This document shows positions 58,445 through 64,000 of a DNA stretch of 64,000 nt, piece after piece. The position numbers and the translations under genes are program-made. The stretch lies in the NCBI GenBank assembly GCA_002339345.1, contig DDKM01000032.1, forward strand, positions 13,259 to 77,258, read 5' to 3'. The stretch is from Firmicutes bacterium UBA2598. GTDB taxonomy: Bacteria; Bacillota; PH28-bin88. Every line of letters starts with the position of its first letter. Positions within the stretch are counted from its first letter, which is position 1. A model generated the notes under the pieces. The model searched no databases. It was not told where the DNA came from and saw nothing but the letters and a program-made list of their open reading frames with translations.

Positions 58445-59743
58445 GTGCATAAGGGTTATACCAGTTCTGAAAAACTGTTTAGCCTGGCAAAGGACCTGAT
58501 TCCTGGCGGTGTCAACAGTCCGGTGCGTGCCTTTAAAGCAGTAGGGATGACCCCTCCCTTCCTTTGCAAGGGAGAGGGAAGCATTGTTTATGATGTTGAT
58601 GGCAACAGTTACATTGACTATGTGGGATCATGGGGCCCGTTAATCCTGGGGCATCGACACCCAGCTGTGGTAGCCGCCCTTCACCGGTGCCTGGACGAAA
58701 CAGGTACAAGTTTTGGCGCCCCAACTGAATTAGAGAATGAAATGGCACAATTAGTAATTAATGCTGTCCCGTCCATCGAAATGGTGCGGATGGTCAATTC
58801 CGGTACAGAAGCAACAATGAGTGCCCTTAGGCTGGCGAGAGGGTATACAGGCAGGGATAAGATCGTTAAATTTGAAGGCTGTTACCACGGCCATGCCGAT
58901 CACTTGCTGATTAAGGCAGGATCAGGTGCATTGACCTTGGGAGTACCGACCAGCCCCGGTGTGCCAGCCAATATCGCCGGGAACACCATAACCGCATCCT
59001 TTAATGATCTGGATACTGTTACCAAAATATTTGCCCAGGAAGGTTCTAATATCGCTGCCGTAATCGTAGAGCCAGTACCCGGCAACATGGGCTGTATTCC
59101 GCCAAAACCCGGTTTCCTTGCCGGTTTGCGGGAGATTACCGCAAAGTACGGAGCATTACTCATATTTGATGAGGTGATGACCGGTTTTCGTCTTGCTCTA
59201 GGAGGAGCACAAGAGTTGTATAACATCCATCCCGATTTAACCTGCCTTGGAAAGATAATTGGTGGCGGTTTGCCTGTAGGTGCTTATGGCGGAAAAAGGG
59301 AGATTATGGAAAAAATGGCTCCTGCCGGTCCGATATACCAGGCCGGCACCCTTTCCGGGAATCCCCTAGCCATGACCGCAGGACTGGAAACCCTAAAACT
59401 ACTGGCCAAAAAGGATGTTTATACGGAACTGGAGAATAAGACCCAGCGTCTAACCGAAGGGTTGGCCAAAGCAGCGAAAGAAACGGGTGCGAAGGTGTTC
59501 TTCACCAGAGTTGGGTCAATGTTTTCCGCCTTTTTTACCGAATATGAGGTGGTTGACTATGCCAGTGCCCTTACTTCAGACACCGGCAAGTTTGCCATCT
59601 TTTTCCGCAAAATGCTTGAACAGGGAGTTTATCTTGCGCCCTCCCAGTTTGAGGCCGGCTTTATGTCCCTAGCCCACAGCGATGAAGATATAGATAAAAC
59701 AATTAATGCCGCTACTGTGGCATTTGCGGCTACCGTAGAATAA
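58445..59743 (+). CDS. hemL: Glutamate-1-semialdehyde 2,1-aminomutase
   Basis: [22 protein letters not shown], and FDEVMTGFR ... CLGKIIGGG (PLP Lys). Confidence 0.95.
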   Translation: MHKGYTSSEKLFSLAKDLIPGGVNSPVRAFKAVGMTPPFLCKGEGSIVYDVDGNSYIDYVGSWGPLILGHRHPAVVAALHRCLDETGTSFGAPTELENEMAQLVINAVPSIEMVRMVNSGTEATMSALRLARGYTGRDKIVKFEGCYHGHADHLLIKAGSGALTLGVPTSPGVPANIAGNTITASFNDLDTVTKIFAQEGSNIAAVIVEPVPGNMGCIPPKPGFLAGLREITAKYGALLIFDEVMTGFRLALGGAQELYNIHPDLTCLGKIIGGGLPVGAYGGKREIMEKMAPAGPIYQAGTLSGNPLAMTAGLETLKLLAKKDVYTELENKTQRLTEGLAKAAKETGAKVFFTRVGSMFSAFFTEYEVVDYASALTSDTGKFAIFFRKMLEQGVYLAPSQFEAGFMSLAHSDEDIDKTINAATVAFAATVE

Positions 59744-59840
59744 AAAAGTTGCCTTATAAATATAAAGAGTGAGTGTATATTCAGGCGGGGTAACGCCCAT
59801 ACTAGGAATACACACTCACTTCTTCATAGACCTCCTTGAA

Positions 59841-59884
59841 CCGACAAATCCGGTAGCGTAAGCTCCGGGTTTGTCGGTTTTTTC
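59841..59884 (+). terminator. Rho-independent terminator after the heme operon
   Basis: CCGACAAAUCCGG ... CCGGGUUUGUCGG (13-bp stem) followed by UUUUUUU. Confidence 0.8.
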
Positions 59885-59964
59885 CTCAAACAGGAGGGAT
59901 TTCATCAAAACCGCGCGAATATTTGTCATAGATGGATTGTAATGGCTACCCGGGGGTGGGGAAA

Positions 59965-61914
59965 ATGTCCGGTGACTGTACATTTGCTTTGGATGTGGGT
60001 ACACGGTCGGTTGTGGGGATTGTTATGGAACGGGTGGAAGATGGTTTTAAAGTAAAAGCTGCAGAAATGGAAGAACATCAAGAACGGGCCATGCTTGATG
60101 GCCAGATTCATGATATCCCCATGGTTGCCAGTGTGGTCGCTCGAATCAAGGCCAAATTAGAAAAAAAAACGGGGCGTACTTTGCAAGAAGTCGCCGTTGC
60201 CGCTGCAGGCCGCACCCTTCAAACGGCCAAGGGCAGGGCCATAAGGGATACCTCATGGCTGGCAGATATTGATCACCATCTTGTCGCCAATATGCAGCTT
60301 GAAGCAGTGCAAGAGGCTCAACGATCCCTAAACGATCCAACCGGGGAATACCATTGTGTTGGCTTTACAGTACTCAATTCCTGGTTGGACCATAGCAGAA
60401 TTGGCAATCTAGTAGGTCAGCGGGGTAACCGTGTTGAAATAGAAGTAATTGCAACCTTCTTGCCGCGAGTGGTAATCAACTCCCTACAGGCAGTACTACA
60501 AAGAGCCGGTCTGGAGATGGCTCACCTTACCCTTGAGCCCATTGCGGCCTTAAATGTAGCCATCCCTAGCAATATGCGTCAGCTCAACTTGGGCCTGGTG
60601 GATGTGGGTGCAGGTACATCTGATATTGCCATTACAGCATCAGGGTCAGTTGTGGGTTACGCCATGGTACCCTCCGCTGGGGATGAAATAACCGAGGAAA
60701 TCTGCCAACATCTGCTGGTAGATTTCGCCACGGCAGAAGATATCAAAAGGCGCCTTAATCAGCAGATGATCGAGTTTACCGATGTTGTCGGGTTTTCACA
60801 TTGCATTGCGGCAGAGGAAATAATTGCGGTAGTGGCTCCACAGGTTGATGAAATCGCAAAACTGGTAGCCAATAAAATGATTGAGATCAACGGCAAAGCT
60901 CCTCAGGCGGTAATTTGTATTGGTGGTGGAAGCCTCACGCCCGGTTTCACAAAAGCTCTAGCTACAAATCTAGGGCTACCGGCTTCCCGGGTTGCTGTCC
61001 GTGGAAGAGAGGTTATCACAATGGTTACAGGCGGACCCAAGTTTTTGGAGGGTCCCCAATGCGTTACTCCCATTGGTATAGGGGTAACGGCCTTTTTGCA
61101 GCAATCCCTATCCTATATACCCGTGACGGTAAACGAACGGCCCGTGCGCATTCTCCAAAATCAAAAATCAACCGTGGCCGATGCGATTTTATCGGCTGGG
61201 ATCCCCCTGCGAAAACTTTATGGCAAACCCGGTGCTGCTTTAGCTGTGGAAATTAACGGCCGTCTAACATTTATAAAAGGTCAAATGGGGACTCCTGCAC
61301 AAATTCGAGTAAATGGTAGGGAAGTGACTTTGGAAGAAGAAGTTTCAGCAAACGATATAGTAACCATTACTCCTGCACAGGATGGTGCTGCCGCCCATGG
61401 TTTCGTAGCAGATGTGATACCAAGCCTAAATGCAAAAACAATTTATATTAATAAGCAGCCACACCGGGTTGAGCCGCAGGTTTTCATGAACGGGGAACCT
61501 GTTTCTGGTAATACACCGTTGATTGATAACTGTAAAATTCAATATCATCCCATGGCCACAGTCGGTGATGTCCTCTCCTTACTGGGCTTCCGGTTGGAAT
61601 TGGGACAGGAAATTAAGCTAAATAACGAACGGGCAGACCTTGACACTATCATTAATGATGGAGATCATCTCACCTTTGACCAACCAAGCCTATTGCCCAA
61701 AGGAATTATTGTTGAGTGCAACGGGAGGCCCTTAGCTATAACTGGATCTGGTAGCCCGGTGATCATAGCGGATCTTTTTCCCTTAATTGATCTCGATCCC
61801 ACCCAGGTTAGAGGTGGTAAACGCCTGTTGCTTGAACTGAACGGAGAACCCGCCACCTTTACCACCGTATTGAAGGAAGGATGTAAAGTAACAGTACAAT
61901 GGATTGATAATTAA
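59965..61914 (+). CDS. Actin-like (ASKHA, FtsA/EutJ/PilM-type) ATPase fused to C-terminal tandem ThiS/MoaD-like beta-grasp repeats
   Basis: The N-terminus has FALDVGTRSVVG, LVDVGAGTSDIAI and CIGGGSLTPG (sugar-kinase/actin phosphate motifs). The C-terminal ~270 aa have repeated ..(V/I)NG(R/E)..........(L/I).(D/E)G..(V/I)T(I/F).. units. The start was refined to ATG 59965 behind GGGGGTGGGG. Confidence 0.7.
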   Translation: MSGDCTFALDVGTRSVVGIVMERVEDGFKVKAAEMEEHQERAMLDGQIHDIPMVASVVARIKAKLEKKTGRTLQEVAVAAAGRTLQTAKGRAIRDTSWLADIDHHLVANMQLEAVQEAQRSLNDPTGEYHCVGFTVLNSWLDHSRIGNLVGQRGNRVEIEVIATFLPRVVINSLQAVLQRAGLEMAHLTLEPIAALNVAIPSNMRQLNLGLVDVGAGTSDIAITASGSVVGYAMVPSAGDEITEEICQHLLVDFATAEDIKRRLNQQMIEFTDVVGFSHCIAAEEIIAVVAPQVDEIAKLVANKMIEINGKAPQAVICIGGGSLTPGFTKALATNLGLPASRVAVRGREVITMVTGGPKFLEGPQCVTPIGIGVTAFLQQSLSYIPVTVNERPVRILQNQKSTVADAILSAGIPLRKLYGKPGAALAVEINGRLTFIKGQMGTPAQIRVNGREVTLEEEVSANDIVTITPAQDGAAAHGFVADVIPSLNAKTIYINKQPHRVEPQVFMNGEPVSGNTPLIDNCKIQYHPMATVGDVLSLLGFRLELGQEIKLNNERADLDTIINDGDHLTFDQPSLLPKGIIVECNGRPLAITGSGSPVIIADLFPLIDLDPTQVRGGKRLLLELNGEPATFTTVLKEGCKVTVQWIDN

Positions 61915-61942
61915 AAATTTAGGCTCCCTAGCCCTGGGAGCC

Positions 61943-62388
61943 TTAAACATATATTTCGATATTTCGCATGCCAAACCTAAGGGCTTCCTGGTGATTGGAC
62001 ATAAATATATCCATGCAGTATCCTTTTATTTTTCCTCCCGTATCCTCTGCAGTAAAAACCCTGTTTAGGGCGGGCACGTAAACCTTACTGCCTCGGGGAA
62101 TTATTTCCGGATCGACAGCAATGGTATACCAGGGTTGTGCTTTATTGCCACTTGCCGTAATTCCGTCAACCTTTCCGCAACAGGAATGGCAGGCATCATA
62201 GGCCGTTGCTTTGACCACCAGTGGCATGGAAATACGGTACCCGGTCAACCGCCATTCACCCAAAACGATATCTGCAACCGGCTATGCTGTAAGCCACCAA
62301 ACCGGTGATTTGGCTGGCGTCCGACGGCTCAAGGCTTACATGTTGCCATTGCCGCCATCATTACAAACAGGATTATACTTCTAATCAA
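61943..62388 (-). pseudogene. 3D-domain (MltA/YuiC-like) cell-wall lipoprotein gene, apparently disrupted by frameshifts
   Basis: The 3' ORF (62263-61943) encodes ATAYDACHSCCGK..GITASG...IAVDP.IIPRGSKVYV...FTAEDTGG.IKG..MDIF, a 3D domain. A strong SD (GGAGGAGGAG) plus TTG at 62388 opens a 19-codon lipoprotein signal peptide (LIRSIILFVMMAAMATC) in another frame, ending at TGA 62331-62329. Total length is 446 nt, not a multiple of 3. Confidence 0.5.
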
Positions 62389-62480
62389 TCTTTTTCTCCT
62401 CCTCCAAAAAGATTAGTTTATGCCTATTCTCATCGGCTATAATGGAAATATGTTTAATATCTTTTGCTAGTTTTCCCATG

Positions 62481-62509
62481 TTGACAATGGTGTTTATGTA
62501 TGTTAAGAT
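62481..62509 (+). promoter_or_regulatory. SigA-type promoter of tRNA-Leu
   Basis: TTGACA (62481-62486), 17-nt spacer, TAAGAT (62504-62509). Confidence 0.55.
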
Positions 62510-62534
62510 ACATTTTGTCGGTAGTGATAAACGT

Positions 62535-62622
62535 GCGGCAGTGGCGGAATTGGCAGACGCGCTAGATTCAGGGTCTAGTGGGCTTTACGCTCGTGGGGGT
62601 TCAAGTCCCTTCTGCCGCACCA
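62535..62622 (+). tRNA. tRNA-Leu (anticodon CAG), long variable arm, CCA encoded
   Basis: Acceptor GCGGCAG/CUGCCGC. Anticodon stem CUAGA/UCUAG with loop UUCAGGG. Long variable arm GGGCUUUACGCUCGUGG. T-loop GGUUCAAGUCC. Ends ACCA. Confidence 0.9.
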
Positions 62623-62639
62623 AATACAATAGTCCATAA

Positions 62640-62671
62640 AACCTCGGGTAATTTACCTGAGGTTTTTGTTT
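62640..62671 (+). terminator. Rho-independent terminator after tRNA-Leu
   Basis: ACCUCGGG-UAAUUUA-CCUGAGGU followed by UUUUGUUUU. Confidence 0.7.
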
Positions 62672-62918
62672 TCCTTGAACCCATAGGATGATTTGATTAG
62701 ATTATGTTATTATTTACGTAATATTTATATTAAAAATTTTTATAGAACATGCATAAAGAATATAGTATGTGCTCTGGAAATTATTGAAATTCTTAGTATA
62801 ATAGTAGTATAAATTATTTCTTTCACTTTCGCTATACCCCAAAGAAAGGGGGGGGTACCGCACAAAGGGTATTTCGCTAAAAATCAAAGAGCCCAGATTT
62901 GAAAAATCGGAGGTGGAG

Positions 62919-63917
62919 ATGTTGGCAGAAACAAAGGAAAAGGTAGATAGGGAAGAGGAAGGGCACGAAGGACTGACCAGGCGAAAGCTCCTAGTAGGTG
63001 CAGGCTCTCTGGCAGTCGGAGCTGTTACCAGCGCTGGCGTACTGGGGATCAACCCGGGTACCGCTCTATCAAAGGAAGATGTTACAATTGTTGTTAACGA
63101 CAAACCACTGTCCGGCGTGCCCGCTACTGTGGTGAAAGGTGTTACAACTGCACCTGTACGTCCCGTTGCCGAATCCCTAGGCGCCCAGGTTGAATGGATT
63201 AAGGAAAGCAAGACTGTGAAGATCACCAGTAAAGCTGCTGGAACCGCCCCTATAGCTAACCAAGTCCCTGAATGGCCATGGCCATATAAAAAACTTGATC
63301 CGGAAGTGGTCAGAAAGCTAGGATATGAAAACTACTTTAAAGGCGGATGCATGTTTGGTACAGCATCAGCCTTGCTGCTTACCCTTAGCAAGGAAGTCGG
63401 TTTCCCCTATACTACTATTCCCATTGATATATACAAGTATGGCGCAGGGGGAGCTGCCGGCTGGGGTACTCTTTGTGGTTCTTTAAACGGCGCCTCCCAA
63501 GTGATTAACATGATAACCAAGGATTTTTCCAAAGTGATCAACGAACTCATTGGTTGGTATACCGAATTTCCCTTCCCGAGTGCCAAGCATGAGTCCTATT
63601 GCAAGATAAAGAACCAGATCACCACTGTAGCCAAGTCGCCCCTTTGCCATGCTTCGATCACAAAATGGGCTAGGGCTGCCGGGGCTAAGGTAAAAGGTGC
63701 GGATAAGGATGACCGGTGTGCTAAGGTTTCTGGAGATGTTGCTGCCCGCACTGTGGAATTATTAAACAGCTTGGTTGATGGCAAGTTCATTGCTGCTTAC
63801 AAAGCGTCCGATGAATTTGCTCATTGCCTTAAATGCCATGACGGTGGTCAATTTGGTCCAGATCAACTTGGTAAGATGAATTGTACTTCCTGTCATGATG
63901 ATCATACCAAAAAATAG
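62919..63917 (+). CDS. Tat-exported redox protein: copper-amine-oxidase-N-like domain, C_GCAxxG_C_C-type domain and C-terminal diheme (2 x CxxCH) module, resembling split-Soret cytochrome c
   Basis: Twin-arginine signal LTRRKLLVGAGSLAVGA. A stalk domain VVNDKPL...VKGVTTAPVRPVAESLGAQVEW...KTVKI. The core has GGCMFGTASALLL...GAGGAAGWGTLCGSLNGA...C...C. The C-terminus has CLKCH and CTSCH. ATG 62919 was preferred (GGAGG 5 nt upstream); GTG 62913 is the alternative. Confidence 0.7.
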   Translation: MLAETKEKVDREEEGHEGLTRRKLLVGAGSLAVGAVTSAGVLGINPGTALSKEDVTIVVNDKPLSGVPATVVKGVTTAPVRPVAESLGAQVEWIKESKTVKITSKAAGTAPIANQVPEWPWPYKKLDPEVVRKLGYENYFKGGCMFGTASALLLTLSKEVGFPYTTIPIDIYKYGAGGAAGWGTLCGSLNGASQVINMITKDFSKVINELIGWYTEFPFPSAKHESYCKIKNQITTVAKSPLCHASITKWARAAGAKVKGADKDDRCAKVSGDVAARTVELLNSLVDGKFIAAYKASDEFAHCLKCHDGGQFGPDQLGKMNCTSCHDDHTKK

Positions 63918-64000
63918 CTCCCAACAAACATATCCTAATTTAAATAGATAAACAGGACAACCATTACTTGGGCCTCCTATCAAATCGTAGAGGCCCTCCT

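Overview
This 64-kb window looks like core chromosome of a spore-forming, anaerobic Firmicute. I infer a Peptococcaceae/Desulfotomaculum-like organism from gene content (spoIIP, spoIVA, siroheme-type heme genes, futalosine-type menaquinone genes, c-type cytochromes). That placement is an inference from content, not a database hit. Almost all genes are on the + strand.

Gene order, left to right:
- rluB 3' end, cobO, an FAH-family hydrolase and a flavoprotein.
- An aromatic amino-acid supraoperon: HutP-family gene, aroH, pabA/trpG, degenerate trpF-like gene, structured leader, aroF, tyrA, aroA.
- cmk, plsC, an ispH-S1 fusion and fni.
- A decayed group II intron on the opposite strand.
- DUF1614, spoIIP, two DUF3189 genes, DUF512, der, plsY, gpsA and spoIVA.
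- A SAM-I riboswitch followed by metY-metX.
- ACT-hom-thrC-thrB-aspartokinase, then tRNA-Pro.
- A GT4 glycosyltransferase with a large membrane protein, then speH.
- Late menaquinone genes (hepS-like, ubiE, ubiD, ubiA).
- A GNAT gene, cinA, an MgtC-GNAT fusion and a zinc-ribbon mini-protein.
- sdhACDB, hepT and a hexaheme lipoprotein cytochrome c.
- Heme genes: sirC-hemA-hemC-cobA/hemD-hemB, a radical SAM gene, hemL.
- An actin-like ATPase with ThiS-like repeats, a broken 3D-domain gene, tRNA-Leu, and a Tat-exported diheme protein resembling split-Soret cytochrome c.

The best candidate for something undescribed is the 254-nt leader in front of aroF (6493-6746). It carries five YAGGR (UAGGA/AGGAUG) repeats abutting mutually exclusive antiterminator and terminator hairpins. 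A HutP-family RNA-binding protein is encoded at the head of the same cluster, and no histidine-utilisation genes are in view. That combination suggests a TRAP-like attenuation system for aromatic amino-acid biosynthesis. This is a hypothesis built on sequence reading only.

I saw no CRISPR array, rRNA, prophage or recognisable defence island. All coordinates, start-codon refinements and hairpins were derived by eye from the sequence and ORF track. No searches or folding programs were run.
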